Positions 1 to 10,160 of a stretch of DNA of 64,000 bases are shown here, piece after piece. Where the stretch lies: NCBI GenBank assembly GCA_963797095.1, contig CAWCNY010000004.1, forward strand, positions 256,001-320,000. The letters are read 5' to 3'. The DNA is from an uncultured Chloroflexia bacterium (GTDB lineage Bacteria > Chloroflexota > Chloroflexia > QHBQ01 > JADMIH01). The notes under the pieces are model-generated. The model was not told the DNA's origin and made no database searches. It worked only from the letters and a program-made list of their open reading frames with translations. Position numbers and translations under genes: made by a program. Within the stretch, counting starts at the first letter, position 1. Each line of letters opens with the position of its first letter.

Positions 1-350
1 TCGGCGTTGGGGGCAATGTTGTAGCGCCGGCGAGCGGCGGACATGATGCGGTCGATCTGCTCAGGGGTAAGGACGCTGGGCGTACCGCCGCCGAAGAAGA
101 CCGTGGAAATGCGGGCCTGCGCGCAATCGGGTTCGCCATCGAGGAAGGACGAAACACCGCGTGCGAGGTCGGCACAGAGAGACTTGACGAACGGCTCGTG
201 CCGCGACTCCATCCCGGCGTAGGAGTTGAAGTCGCAGTAGATGCACTTGGACTCGCAAAATGGAATATGAAGATAGAGGCCCAATGGCTCCTCGCGCCGT
301 TCGTAGGGCGGGATGGTCGGGGGAGTTGAGGGCGAAAGTTGGATTATCAT
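1..350 (-). CDS. hemW: Radical SAM heme chaperone HemW/HemN family (N-terminal part, runs off the window)
   Basis: Not in the ORF track. Manual translation from ATG at 350 gives LYLHIPFCESKCIYCDFNSY (CxxxCxxC) and TVFFGGGTPS. Confidence 0.9.
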   Translation of the reverse strand, partial: MIIQLSPSTPPTIPPYERREEPLGLYLHIPFCESKCIYCDFNSYAGMESRHEPFVKSLCADLARGVSSFLDGEPDCAQARISTVFFGGGTPSVLTPEQIDRIMSAARRRYNIAPNA

Positions 351-480
351 TTGAACTGGATTTCGGTCGCTAGCGTATTACCAATGATGCGTTGGTTAAG
401 TATAATATATCAGCTAGCCTGATGGATAGGAGCGCGAAGCATTGACGGCTGGCAAAGTAGAGTGGGAGATTGTGATTAAC

Positions 481-509
481 TTGACAATGATCTATGCGGC
501 TGATATACT
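481..509 (+). promoter_or_regulatory. Sigma70-type promoter
   Basis: TTGACA (481-486), 17-nt spacer, TATACT (504-509), upstream of the prenyltransferase. Confidence 0.7.
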
Positions 510-560
510 CGAAGACAGATTGTGGCCCATCTGCGCCGGGCTAAAGAGGTCGACCAGATA

Positions 561-1577
561 ATGTCAACGACCAGTACCACCCGCACATCTTCACCGCAAC
601 AAGTGGACCTGAAGCAAATATTCGCACCGGTGGCGGATGGCATGGACCAGATTGACGGGACGCTCCGTTCGATTGCCACCCTGGATTTTCCGCTGGTTAA
701 ACAGGGTGTGGAAGCGATAATCGCGGCAGGCGGCAAGCGGTTGCGACCGGCAGTACTTTTTTTGTGCGCGCGCTTCAACCGTTATGATCCGGAGCGGCTG
801 GTGCCTATGGCGGCGGCGATTGAGCTGTTGCACACAGCCTCCCTGGTGCACGACGACACCATTGATAAGGCACTCGTGCGGAGGGGACTGCCCACGCTCA
901 ATTCTCTCATTGACGAAGGCACGACCGTGCTGGTAGGCGATTTCCTGTTCGCCAAGAGCGCGGTGCTCAGCACGATGGGCGGTATGCTGCGGGCTACGCG
1001 CATCTTCGCGGAATCGCTGGTGACGATCTCAGAGGGCGAGATCGAGCAGAAGTTTTCTTTGCACCACGTCAATTCCTCGCTTGAGCAGTATTTGCAACGA
1101 ATTTATTCGAAGACCGCAGTGCTTTTCGCGGCAGCGGGGGAAATCGGCGCGGTGCTTTCTGAGGCGTCGGAGGACGATATTCAGAGGTTGAGGCATTACG
1201 CGCGGCAGGTGGGAATGGCTTTCCAGATCGTTGACGATATTCTGGATGTACACTCCACGACGGAGCAACTCGGGAAGCCTGCGGGCGGCGATTTGAAGCA
1301 GGGAACGGTAACGCTGCCGACGATGCTGTACCTGGAAACAGCTGACGAGGCTGCACGCCAGGAGGTTCGGCTGTTGATCGAGGGTGAGGGCGAGGACGAG
1401 GAGCTATTGAGACGCACATTGGCGAAGATCAATGCTTCGGGGGCGGTCCAGAAAGCCAATGAGATGGCTCGCCGCTATGTAGAGGAAGCAAAAGCGTCAC
1501 TTGCCGGGTTCCCCGACGTGCCAGCCAAACAGTCACTTATGGACCTGGCGGACTTCGCGATACGGCGCAGTTACTAG
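561..1577 (+). CDS. Polyprenyl diphosphate synthase (HepT/IspB family)
   Basis: GGKRLRP, LVHDDTID (FARM), RRG, FQIVDDILD (SARM), GKPAGGDL. ATG 561 preferred over GTG 522. Confidence 0.95.
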   Translation: MSTTSTTRTSSPQQVDLKQIFAPVADGMDQIDGTLRSIATLDFPLVKQGVEAIIAAGGKRLRPAVLFLCARFNRYDPERLVPMAAAIELLHTASLVHDDTIDKALVRRGLPTLNSLIDEGTTVLVGDFLFAKSAVLSTMGGMLRATRIFAESLVTISEGEIEQKFSLHHVNSSLEQYLQRIYSKTAVLFAAAGEIGAVLSEASEDDIQRLRHYARQVGMAFQIVDDILDVHSTTEQLGKPAGGDLKQGTVTLPTMLYLETADEAARQEVRLLIEGEGEDEELLRRTLAKINASGAVQKANEMARRYVEEAKASLAGFPDVPAKQSLMDLADFAIRRSY

Positions 1578-1610
1578 GGGAGGCTTCCGACCTGAGAGGT
1601 AATGCATCAG

Positions 1611-1808
1611 CAAACGTGGGTCATCCCGAATTTTAGATTTGTGCGCACGACAGATTGGGAACGACCAGAGACCCCTCCCCTCCCCAAAATTTGGGGAGGA
1701 GCTTTCTAAAAAGAGCGAAAATGGCGGCTAGCCGCCATTTTCGCTCTTTTTAGAACCAGGTTGCACGCGTGCGAAGCTGAATCCAAGATTCGGGATGTCC
1801 AAAGTTTG
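1611..1808. repeat. MITE/REP-like palindromic element: 29-bp imperfect terminal inverted repeats enclosing a 52-bp perfect palindrome
   Basis: 1611-1639 matches the reverse complement of 1780-1808 at 24/29. 1704-1755 is a perfect palindrome with A5/T5 flanks and could act as a bidirectional terminator. Confidence 0.6.
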
Positions 1809-1907
1809 TTTTGGAGCGATATGATAAGTGGCTCGTACCAGCATTATGAGGCCGTCGTCTTTTGCCTACTGGCCTAACGTGGTACAATTAATAGGCCTGA
1901 ATGATGA

Positions 1908-2888
1908 GTGAGCCACGCCATGGATATTCCGACACAATTACCTGGCAACACGACGAATGGAGTGATACGCCGTCTACGTCCTTTTGGTGACGGTGATCTT
2001 GAGCCGCTTACTCATCTACTGTGGGAAGCGCATGCCTCTCCGCCCACTGCGCGCCCCGCTCCAGAAGATGTAATTCTACGTTGGAAGAGGCGCAATATCG
2101 ATCCTGTATACGATGTACAGGTGCTGGGTGGAGCAGGCGGCAAGTTGGCGGCGTTTGTGCAGACAGGGCTATTCAGGGACGGCACGCCGCGGTTGAGCTT
2201 TGAGATTGGGGTGCATCCGAGGTACAGGCGACAAGGGATCGGCTCAGCACTTTTTGAGACGGTGCTTGCGCGCGCACGAAGAGCGGGAATCAACAATGTG
2301 ACTACGCCGGTGTACTCGCTGCCGGGCAGGGCTCCAGGCGACAATGTGCTGTGGCTGCAACACCGAGATTTCAGGAGCGAGCATAGCTATTGGCAGATGC
2401 GCCTGGACGGGATCGAGCAGCAGGCTTCAGCTGTGTGGCCGAAGGGGATCGGGGTGCGGCGTATGACGGACCTGGACCGCGACCCGGCTACCTGGGCAGA
2501 TTTGATCGTGAAAGCGTTCAACGAGTCGGCGACTGCGGCGGGGGTGCTAATGCAGTTGAGGGAGCCAGGGGTCAGCCCGGACGGTTACTTCTTTGCACTT
2601 GACCTGGAAACAGGAAAGGAAGTGGGAACCAGCAGGGCACGAATTGACATCCTGGGCGGTGAGCAGGTTGGCTACATCGGGACGGTTGGCGTGTTGCCGG
2701 AATACAGGGGAAAGGGCATCGCCACAGCTTTGCTTGGACAGACTCTCGATTACTTGAGCGGTCAGGGCATAAGATCGGCAACTTTGTTTGTGGAAGACCA
2801 GAATCGGAATGCCCGCAAGCTTTATGATGGACTTGGCTGGCGGTACGCCTACAGGACGGACCACTTTTGGAGGCGGCTGATACCCTGA
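1908..2888 (+). CDS. Tandem GNAT acetyltransferase (MshD-like architecture)
   Basis: Two motif-A copies, VHPRYRRQGIG and VLPEYRGKGIA, plus NARKLYDGLGW. Confidence 0.85.
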   Translation: MSHAMDIPTQLPGNTTNGVIRRLRPFGDGDLEPLTHLLWEAHASPPTARPAPEDVILRWKRRNIDPVYDVQVLGGAGGKLAAFVQTGLFRDGTPRLSFEIGVHPRYRRQGIGSALFETVLARARRAGINNVTTPVYSLPGRAPGDNVLWLQHRDFRSEHSYWQMRLDGIEQQASAVWPKGIGVRRMTDLDRDPATWADLIVKAFNESATAAGVLMQLREPGVSPDGYFFALDLETGKEVGTSRARIDILGGEQVGYIGTVGVLPEYRGKGIATALLGQTLDYLSGQGIRSATLFVEDQNRNARKLYDGLGWRYAYRTDHFWRRLIP

Positions 2889-2903
2889 GTTGTATGGACC
2901 AAT

Positions 2904-3647
2904 ATGAGTAGCAAGGAAGGCACAAGTAAATCAATGATGGCAGTGAAGGCGGGCAAAACGCTTGTCTACCTGGTGCGGCATGGTGAAACGACATGGAATG
3001 CCGAGCGGCGGTTCCAGGGGCAGATGGATGTCGAATTGAGTATGACCGGAGTGGCGCAGGCGGAAGCGGTAGCGGATTGGCTGGCGGCTCAGCCAGTGCA
3101 CTTTACGGCGATATATTCAAGCGATCTTAAGCGAGCAGTAGAAACGGCCAGGAAGATCGGCACGCGACTCGGCCTGATCCCTGGACTGCACCGCGACCTG
3201 CGCGAGATGCACGCCGGTGAATGGCAAGGCTTGCTGGTGTCGGAAATTGAGGCTCGATTCCCAGGCAAACTGGCCGAATGGACGGCGAGAGTAGACAAGT
3301 TCACCACACCGGGGGGCGAGAGCATTCCGAAGGTACAACAAAGGATGTATGCGACATACAAGGCTATTGTGTCGCAGCACCCTGGTGACGCGATAATCAT
3401 AGTATCGCATGGGGCGGCGCTCACGGCGCTGCTTGCGGCGTTACACAACTGGGACCTGGTGGAGACCTGGCAATCGCGGAAAATGAAGATGCAGAACACG
3501 GGTGTGACTGTAGTTGCTCTCGACCACGAGCGCAGCCAGCATGAGTTGTTACTTCTCAATTCGTCCGAACACCTGCCCGAAACGGAGGAGACGCAAGCCC
3601 AACCTGGCGAAACTCAGCCCTCGAAACTGAGGGCGAGAGAAGTATAA
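2904..3647 (+). CDS. Histidine phosphatase family protein (PGM/CobC/PspA-like)
   Basis: LVRHGET, SSDLKRA, GGES, VSHG motifs. Confidence 0.9.
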   Translation: MSSKEGTSKSMMAVKAGKTLVYLVRHGETTWNAERRFQGQMDVELSMTGVAQAEAVADWLAAQPVHFTAIYSSDLKRAVETARKIGTRLGLIPGLHRDLREMHAGEWQGLLVSEIEARFPGKLAEWTARVDKFTTPGGESIPKVQQRMYATYKAIVSQHPGDAIIIVSHGAALTALLAALHNWDLVETWQSRKMKMQNTGVTVVALDHERSQHELLLLNSSEHLPETEETQAQPGETQPSKLRAREV

Positions 3648-3655
3648 AAGCGATG

Positions 3656-3680
3656 GGGGTATAGCGGCGCTATACCCCTT
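3656..3680 (+). terminator. Hairpin, probable terminator
   Basis: GGGGTATAGCG / CGCTATACCCC stem just after the phosphatase stop. Confidence 0.5.
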
Positions 3681-3727
3681 AATTGTTGGTCTTGGAAAGT
3701 GCATAGTCAGATCAGATAGGAGATCAA

Positions 3728-4627
3728 GTGATAGAGACGATGGCAGAACACGCCCCCGATTCCCAGGAAGTTGCGCACAGTGCCTTGTTGATGAAGGGGC
3801 GGGAAGTTGCAGCAGGTATAAGACAGAAGTGCGTCGAGGAAATCGGCGTTCTGAAGAGCAAATATAAGGTTCTACCGGGACTGGCGGTGCTCAGGATCGG
3901 GGATGATCCGGCCTCTGTCAATTATGCAACCCGCATACAAGAGGCGTTTGATAAGGCCGGGCTTATGGTGACGCTGATCGTTTTGCCCGCCAATGCATCG
4001 CGGGGGATGCTGCAATCGGAGATCGGCAGGCTTAATGTCCTACCGGAGATAGCGGGCGTAATTGTGCAACAGCCGCTACCTACTCACATGGGGCTTGACG
4101 CTATCATTGACGTGCTGGACCCGAACAAGGATGTGGACGGGATTCACCCTGTGAACGTTGGAAGGCTGTCGCTTGGATTGGATTGCTATGTGCCCGCGAC
4201 CCCGGCCGGTGGAATTGCAGTCCTCGATTACTACAATATTCCGATAGAAGGCAAGCAAGCGCTGGTAATCGGGCGCAGTGGCGTGGTTGGCAAGCCGCTC
4301 GCGCAATTGTTGCTGGCGCGCAGCGCTACGGTGACAATCGCGCATTCGCGCACGCGAAACCTGTTTGATCTGATCGCTCAGGCCGAAATAGTGGCGTCAG
4401 CGGTGGGGAAGCCAAATATGATCACGGGCGAAATGTTGCGCCCAGGGTCGGTGGTGGTCGATTTCGGGGCGGCGATGCTCGACGGCCAGATGACGGGCGA
4501 CGTGGACTACAAGAGCGCCATGGATAGGGTAGCGGCGATCACGCCGGTGCCTGGCGGAACAGGCCCGGTGACGAATGTGATGCTCTTGAGGAACACAATC
4601 AAGGCGATCAAACGTGTATTGCATTAA
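3728..4627 (+). CDS. folD: Methylenetetrahydrofolate dehydrogenase/cyclohydrolase
   Basis: KDVDG, IGRSGVVGKP, ITPVPGGTGP motifs. Confidence 0.95.
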   Translation: MIETMAEHAPDSQEVAHSALLMKGREVAAGIRQKCVEEIGVLKSKYKVLPGLAVLRIGDDPASVNYATRIQEAFDKAGLMVTLIVLPANASRGMLQSEIGRLNVLPEIAGVIVQQPLPTHMGLDAIIDVLDPNKDVDGIHPVNVGRLSLGLDCYVPATPAGGIAVLDYYNIPIEGKQALVIGRSGVVGKPLAQLLLARSATVTIAHSRTRNLFDLIAQAEIVASAVGKPNMITGEMLRPGSVVVDFGAAMLDGQMTGDVDYKSAMDRVAAITPVPGGTGPVTNVMLLRNTIKAIKRVLH

Positions 4628-4650
4628 ACTAATGCGTGATATGTCATTAC

Positions 4651-4692
4651 GAGTGACAAGTGACAAGTGACGGGTGACGAGTGACGGGTGGC
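4651..4692 (+). repeat. Heptamer short tandem repeat (RRGTGAC x6)
   Basis: gagtgac aagtgac aagtgac gggtgac gagtgac gggtggc. Related arrays at 16706-16740 and 21603-21633. Confidence 0.7.
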
Positions 4693-4774
4693 AGAATGAG
4701 CCGCAGTCAAATGTCAGGTATCAAGTGTCACAGGTCAGATCTGGCATATAACTTACTTTGGAGGAAACAGCAAC

Positions 4775-6481
4775 GTGGCTGATACTACTCGAAACGACCT
4801 TAACATTGCGCATGCCGCAAGTCTTAAGCCCATAGAAGAAATCGCTGAGATGATGGGCCTCAGCAGAGACGATATTGAGTTATACGGGGCGCGCAAGGCG
4901 AAGATCCGTCTTGATGTGATCGAGCGCATGCGCGACCGCCCAAATGCCAAGTATGTGGTTGTGACGGCGATTACGCCAACGCCTCTTGGAGAAGGCAAGA
5001 CGACCACATCAATCGGGCTTGCGCAGGGGTTTCATCGGATCGGAAAGAATGCCATTGTGGCTTTGCGGCAACCGTCGCTTGGCCCGGTGTTCGGGATCAA
5101 GGGGGGAGGCTCCGGGGGAGGATATAGCCAGGTGGTGCCGATGGAGGACATGAACCTCCATTTGACAGGCGACATACACGCCGTGTCAGCGGCACACAAT
5201 CTTTTGAGCGCGTTCCTGGATGGGTCAATGTTCCACAGCAATCCCTTGAACATAGATGTCAACCGGATAGAGTTGCGGCACGTGGTGGACATACTGGACC
5301 GCTCATTGCGGGACATCGTGCAAGGGTTGGGAGGGCGCAACAACGGGGTGCCGAGGGAAAGCGGGTTTGATATTTCGGTTGCCTCAGAGGTAATGGCGAT
5401 CCTGGCGCTCTCCAAATCCATCTTCGACTTGCGCGAGCGATTGGGGCAGATAATCGTGGGATATGACAGGGCAGGCGCGCCTGTGACCGCAGAGCAGTTG
5501 AAGGCGGCGGGGGCGATGACGGTGTTGTTGCATGAAGCGATCAAGCCGAACCTGTTACAAACGATAGAGAATACGCCTGCGCTGGTGCATTGTGGGCCCT
5601 TCGCCAATATCGCCCACGGCAATTCGTCGGTGCTGGCGGACTACATTGGCATCAAGTGTGGCGACTACCTGATAACAGAGGCAGGTTTCGGTGCTGATAT
5701 GGGCTTCGAGAAATTCTGCGACATCAAGTGCAGGGTGAGCGGCCTGGCACCGGACGCCGCCGTTGTGGTAGCCACTGTGCGGGCATTGAAAATGCACTCA
5801 GGCAAGTTCAAGATCGTGGCTGGTAAGCCGCTCGACCCAGGGCTGACCACCGAGAACATGCCCGCGCTGGAAGAAGGGGTTGTGAATCTCGTAGCGCAGA
5901 TCGAGAACGTGCGTAAGATGGGGGTGCCGGTAGTAGTCGCCATCAACGCTTTCCCGACAGATACAGAGCGCGAGTGGGCGTTCATAGAGAAGGCGGCGTG
6001 CGAGGCGGGCGCGGTGGCGGCGGTGCCAACAACCCATTACGCTGAGGGCGGCAACGGGGCGATTGGCCTGGCGAAGGCTATTGTTGAGGCTACCTCGGTG
6101 CCGGCCGACTTCCGCTTCCTTTATCCGCTTGACCTGGGCATCAAAGAGAAGATCGAGATTATTGCCAGGGAGATTTATGGAGCCGCTGATGTAGATTACG
6201 CAGATGAAGCGGATGACAAGATCCGGCTTTACACCAAGCAAGGTTTTGCACATTTGCCTATTTGCATGGCAAAGACCCACCTTTCACTGTCGCACGACCC
6301 GAAGCTCAAGGGGAGGCCGAGAGGGTTCACTTTGCCGGTGCGAGACGTGCGCCTCTCGGCGGGCGCGGGGTTCATCTACCCGTTGTGCGGGACTATGCTA
6401 ACGATGCCGGGCCTGCCATCTGACCCAGCGGGTGCTCACATGGATATCGATGAAGAGGGAAACGTAGTGGGTCTCCATTGA
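4775..6481 (+). CDS. fhs: Formate--tetrahydrofolate ligase
   Basis: TPTPLGEGKTTT, GIKGG, GPFANIAHG, TEAGFGAD, ICMAKT. Confidence 0.97.
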   Translation: MADTTRNDLNIAHAASLKPIEEIAEMMGLSRDDIELYGARKAKIRLDVIERMRDRPNAKYVVVTAITPTPLGEGKTTTSIGLAQGFHRIGKNAIVALRQPSLGPVFGIKGGGSGGGYSQVVPMEDMNLHLTGDIHAVSAAHNLLSAFLDGSMFHSNPLNIDVNRIELRHVVDILDRSLRDIVQGLGGRNNGVPRESGFDISVASEVMAILALSKSIFDLRERLGQIIVGYDRAGAPVTAEQLKAAGAMTVLLHEAIKPNLLQTIENTPALVHCGPFANIAHGNSSVLADYIGIKCGDYLITEAGFGADMGFEKFCDIKCRVSGLAPDAAVVVATVRALKMHSGKFKIVAGKPLDPGLTTENMPALEEGVVNLVAQIENVRKMGVPVVVAINAFPTDTEREWAFIEKAACEAGAVAAVPTTHYAEGGNGAIGLAKAIVEATSVPADFRFLYPLDLGIKEKIEIIAREIYGAADVDYADEADDKIRLYTKQGFAHLPICMAKTHLSLSHDPKLKGRPRGFTLPVRDVRLSAGAGFIYPLCGTMLTMPGLPSDPAGAHMDIDEEGNVVGLH

Positions 6482-6512
6482 CAACGAGACATAACATCTT
6501 GTATCATTGCCT

Positions 6513-6540
6513 GTACGCTCACAGAGAGGTGTGAGCGTAC
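6513..6540 (+). terminator. Hairpin after fhs
   Basis: GTACGCTCACA / TGTGAGCGTAC 11-bp stem. Confidence 0.5.
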
Positions 6541-6616
6541 TGTAACTGTGTACACTCTTTGCTCGTTAATAGAGCAAGCCGCTTCTCGAAAACTCCCGGC
6601 GCAGAAGGAGATATGA

Positions 6617-9181
6617 ATGCCGCGCCATGCTCAACGCAGTCTGTCGAAGATCGCGCTAACGTGCGTTATGATCCTGTCGTCGGTAATCGGAATTGGCGGA
6701 TTCGGGACAGCGCAGGCTCAGCCTAACACTCAAGCGAAACCCGCTAGCATCAACGGCCTCGTGATCAACGAGGTGGCGGATAGCCAAACTGTCGCTTCCG
6801 AGTATTTTGAGCTTTATAACACAAGCGCCAGCACAATTAACCTGTCAACGTATGTCATCTACAACCATGATGGCAATAACCCGCTTTCGCTTCTTTCGAA
6901 CCCACTGATTGAACCTGGGCAGTACCGGGTGATCGGGCCCTCTCAACTTGGAACGTCGACAATCGCCGGTTCCGGGCTGGCGACCACAGATTTCCTGGGG
7001 CTGCGCAATACCTCCCCCAGCGATCAGACCATCGACGTGGTGAACTGGGGAGGAGCGCCCGACCCGAGTTGGACCAACTACGACCTTTTTTCGTGCTGTT
7101 TCTTCCAGTCAGGTTCTCAACCTTCGCTGATTCCCGATAATCCAAAGGACATCCAGAGATGGCCTGATGGGCAGGACAGCGACCAGGGGAGCGACTGGGC
7201 ACAGATCACGCGCTCGCCCGGCACGGCGTCGTGCGGCGACCCTTATGAGGCGGACGACACCTTCGGTTCCGCCCCGACACAGAATGTCGGCACGACCAAC
7301 CTGCACCGTATCTGCCCCGCGAGCGACAACGACTTCATTCAGATCAACATGTCGCCATCCTTCAGCTATACGCTGCAAGCTACGGCGCTGGGGTCAAGGG
7401 TGGATACGCTGCTGAGGTTGTACGACCCCAGTGGCGTGGTGGTCGCAGAGGACAGCCCAGCGGGCAGCCGCAGCAGCGAAGTAGTGTACCGTCCTACCAC
7501 CGTTGGGGCATACCGCGCCCAGGTGATTGATGCTAACAACCAGGGCGGGAGCGGAGCGGACTATCTGTATAATTTCAGCATCGCCCAGGAGACGGCGGCC
7601 AGCCCTACACCCGCGCTTACGGCCACGCCCACACCGATAGCGTGCGAGGACGCTTATGAGCCGGACAACGTGTTCCCATCGGAGGCGAAAGTACTCGAAT
7701 TAAATACGGAACAGGTGCATACTTTCTGTTTGTCCAATACCCCGCAAATGGATACGGATTGGATGCTGTTTGTGGCGAGCGCGGGGAAGATCTACACTTT
7801 TTACACAAAGGATCTGAGCGGCCCGACCGACACTATACTTTCGTTGTATAAATCGGACGGCACCAAGTTGTATCAGAACGACGACTATCAACCGGGGCAG
7901 GGCCTAGCATCGAGAATAGACTGGTCATTTACCGATGCCGGCGTGTATTACCTGGCTGCACGCGAGAAGAGAGGCGGAAACTCGCCTGCATATAGATATA
8001 CAGTGGGGGTAAGCACAACGGGTGAGCTGCCGCCGACGGGCACACCCACGGCAAGCCCCACGCTCAGCCCCTTTAGCCCGACGCCGACCTCAGGCCCATG
8101 CTATGATGCGTTCGAGCCGGATGGGGTTCCGGAAACGGCCAGGATCATCTACATCGGGCAAACTCAGGAGCATAATATCTGTCCCGAAGGAGATGCAGAC
8201 TGGGTGAAGTTCTACGGGCGGGCAGGCAAAGCATATACAATTGCCACCAACAATCTCGGTATTGGCCTAGATACGTATATGTGGATCTTTGACAGCGATG
8301 CAACCACCATACTGGCGTACAACGATGATGGCGGGAACGGGGTGGCGTCGCGCATCGACTTTGTGCCGCTGAAGGACGATTTCTATTACGTCCAGGTAAA
8401 GAACGCGGGCGACCTCGGTTTGCCCGAAATGACTTACGAATTGAGTCTTGCGGTTACACCGGCATTGCCGGCACCGCCCTCCACGGCGACGGGCATAATC
8501 GCTCCGGTGCTTACAGTGACGCCGGGTGGCGGTGAGGAGAATCCGCCGACACCTACCAACATTGTGCTGCCTACCAAGCCGCCGGAATCTACGCCGACGC
8601 AAGGGGAGATTCCGCCCACCCCTGAGGTTCCAGCGCCGGTGGAAACTTCGGTGTCAGGTGTGCTGGGAGGGCCAACAGAGGTTGCGGGCAGCGAGGCGAC
8701 CGAACCGCCGGAGGTAGCGCCGACGGAGCCGCCACCTACGGAAGTGCCTGCAACAGAAGCGCCGCCTGTGGAGGTGCCAACGGAAGTGCCGACAGAAGTG
8801 CTGCCGGGTATACCGGTAACGGGAGCGCAAGCGCCTGCCGCGGTTGTCAATGCCGTGCCTCCTCCTGTCGCACCGGCCGCCGTGAAGATGGCCCCAATGC
8901 TCTTCCACGTCTTTTACGACCGTGACAAGAACGAGAAGTATGGCGCGAACGAAGGAATTAAGGGCGTGAGTGTCTATTTCCTCGACTCGACGGCCAGCTA
9001 CGCGCCCACCGCGAGCCTGACAACGACGGAGGCGGGTGAGGGGAGGCTGCAAGTGCCGGTAACTCCGCAGAAGGTGTTCATCCCATACTTTGACATTTTC
9101 ATGCCTCTCAAAAAGTTCCCCGAACGAGAGTCGCACTCGATCTGGCTTCAGCCGGTGAAGCTACCGGACAGAGTTCCTTAG
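6617..9181 (+). CDS. Secreted multidomain surface protein: lamin-tail domain, three PPC-like repeats, Pro/Thr/Glu linker with IPVTG, SdrD-B-like tail
   Basis: Signal peptide ending AQA. INEV...EYFELYN. Three CxDx(Y/F)ExD...D(F/W) repeats. C-terminal VFYDRDKN. Confidence 0.8.
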   Translation: MPRHAQRSLSKIALTCVMILSSVIGIGGFGTAQAQPNTQAKPASINGLVINEVADSQTVASEYFELYNTSASTINLSTYVIYNHDGNNPLSLLSNPLIEPGQYRVIGPSQLGTSTIAGSGLATTDFLGLRNTSPSDQTIDVVNWGGAPDPSWTNYDLFSCCFFQSGSQPSLIPDNPKDIQRWPDGQDSDQGSDWAQITRSPGTASCGDPYEADDTFGSAPTQNVGTTNLHRICPASDNDFIQINMSPSFSYTLQATALGSRVDTLLRLYDPSGVVVAEDSPAGSRSSEVVYRPTTVGAYRAQVIDANNQGGSGADYLYNFSIAQETAASPTPALTATPTPIACEDAYEPDNVFPSEAKVLELNTEQVHTFCLSNTPQMDTDWMLFVASAGKIYTFYTKDLSGPTDTILSLYKSDGTKLYQNDDYQPGQGLASRIDWSFTDAGVYYLAAREKRGGNSPAYRYTVGVSTTGELPPTGTPTASPTLSPFSPTPTSGPCYDAFEPDGVPETARIIYIGQTQEHNICPEGDADWVKFYGRAGKAYTIATNNLGIGLDTYMWIFDSDATTILAYNDDGGNGVASRIDFVPLKDDFYYVQVKNAGDLGLPEMTYELSLAVTPALPAPPSTATGIIAPVLTVTPGGGEENPPTPTNIVLPTKPPESTPTQGEIPPTPEVPAPVETSVSGVLGGPTEVAGSEATEPPEVAPTEPPPTEVPATEAPPVEVPTEVPTEVLPGIPVTGAQAPAAVVNAVPPPVAPAAVKMAPMLFHVFYDRDKNEKYGANEGIKGVSVYFLDSTASYAPTASLTTTEAGEGRLQVPVTPQKVFIPYFDIFMPLKKFPERESHSIWLQPVKLPDRVP

Positions 9182-9227
9182 TGGTTGAACTTTTACTGAA
9201 ATCTCTCCCTGAACGAGGCTTAATGGA

Positions 9228-10142
9228 ATGACCAACGACCATTCTACAGAAGATAGCGGGCACGACGATCACGACCATGAACATGACCCTGGAAGTGACG
9301 ATTCGGGGCATGAGGACCATGGGCATGGGCACGTCACGGATGATTCGGAGTTTGAAGCGTCAACTCTGGTCCCGACCACCTGGCGGCAATTGGTCTTTCC
9401 TGCCCTGATACTGCTGATCGTTGGTATATTGCTTATAGGGCCGGTCACAGGGGCTTTTGCGCCGACTCCCGCGCCACCGGGCACAAGCACCAGAGGCAGC
9501 GAAGGCGGTGAAGCTGCCGGGGAGCCAACGGCGGTGCAGGTGACGGCTACCAGCCCACCGGTAGCGCCCAGCGCGACTACTGCCCCTGCCGAGAGCACAG
9601 CGACGCCTGTTGCCGTGGTAGCAACCGCCACGACAGTGGCAGTCGTACCGACCGCGACCGCCGCAGGGCTGAGCGCGGACGCTATTGCCACACGAACGGC
9701 TGTGGCCGTTGCCGGGGAGGAGGGCAACGTTAGCCGCGCCCCGGAACAGCTATTGTTTGAAGGAGCGCAATTCACCGTCGTTGCGGGAGGGGACGTGCTC
9801 CCGGACTGGAAGACCACGGCGGACGAGGGGAAGGCGGTCTGGATTACGGGCACATATGCGAACCATGTAATCTATTTGCCTTACAGCGATGCCAACGCCC
9901 CGCTATTCACCGCCGCCAAGCAGGGGGATATCGTTAAGCTGGTGATGGATACAGGGCAGACTTTCGAGTTTGCCATCACGCGCTCGGAGCGGGCCTACAA
10001 TGGGCCACCGACAGCGGAAGGCCAGTTTACGACGGCAACGGCCATGAACCAGGACCACGCGGGCGTGACGCTATTCCTGGTGGGCGAACCCGCGAGCGAC
10101 CGGGCGGTAGTGCAGGCCGATTTCACGGGCAATATCCAATAG
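9228..10142 (+). CDS. Membrane protein with His/Asp-rich N-terminus and a sortase-like C-terminal domain lacking the catalytic His/Cys
   Basis: One TM segment. PEQLLF...AVW...NHVIYLP...F...GDIVKL...GQTFEF...VTLFLV...RAVVQA follows the sortase motif order. Confidence 0.6.
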   Translation: MTNDHSTEDSGHDDHDHEHDPGSDDSGHEDHGHGHVTDDSEFEASTLVPTTWRQLVFPALILLIVGILLIGPVTGAFAPTPAPPGTSTRGSEGGEAAGEPTAVQVTATSPPVAPSATTAPAESTATPVAVVATATTVAVVPTATAAGLSADAIATRTAVAVAGEEGNVSRAPEQLLFEGAQFTVVAGGDVLPDWKTTADEGKAVWITGTYANHVIYLPYSDANAPLFTAAKQGDIVKLVMDTGQTFEFAITRSERAYNGPPTAEGQFTTATAMNQDHAGVTLFLVGEPASDRAVVQADFTGNIQ

Positions 10143-10160
10143 AGATATGAAGAGGTTGAA

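Noticed and set aside
1775-1800. c-di-AMP (ydaO) riboswitch suggested by GCTGAATCC
   Set aside because: The downstream conserved elements are absent, and the motif is part of the inverted repeat.
4628-4774. ZTP or THF riboswitch upstream of fhs
   Set aside because: The conserved aptamer motifs are not found. The region is explained by heptamer repeats.
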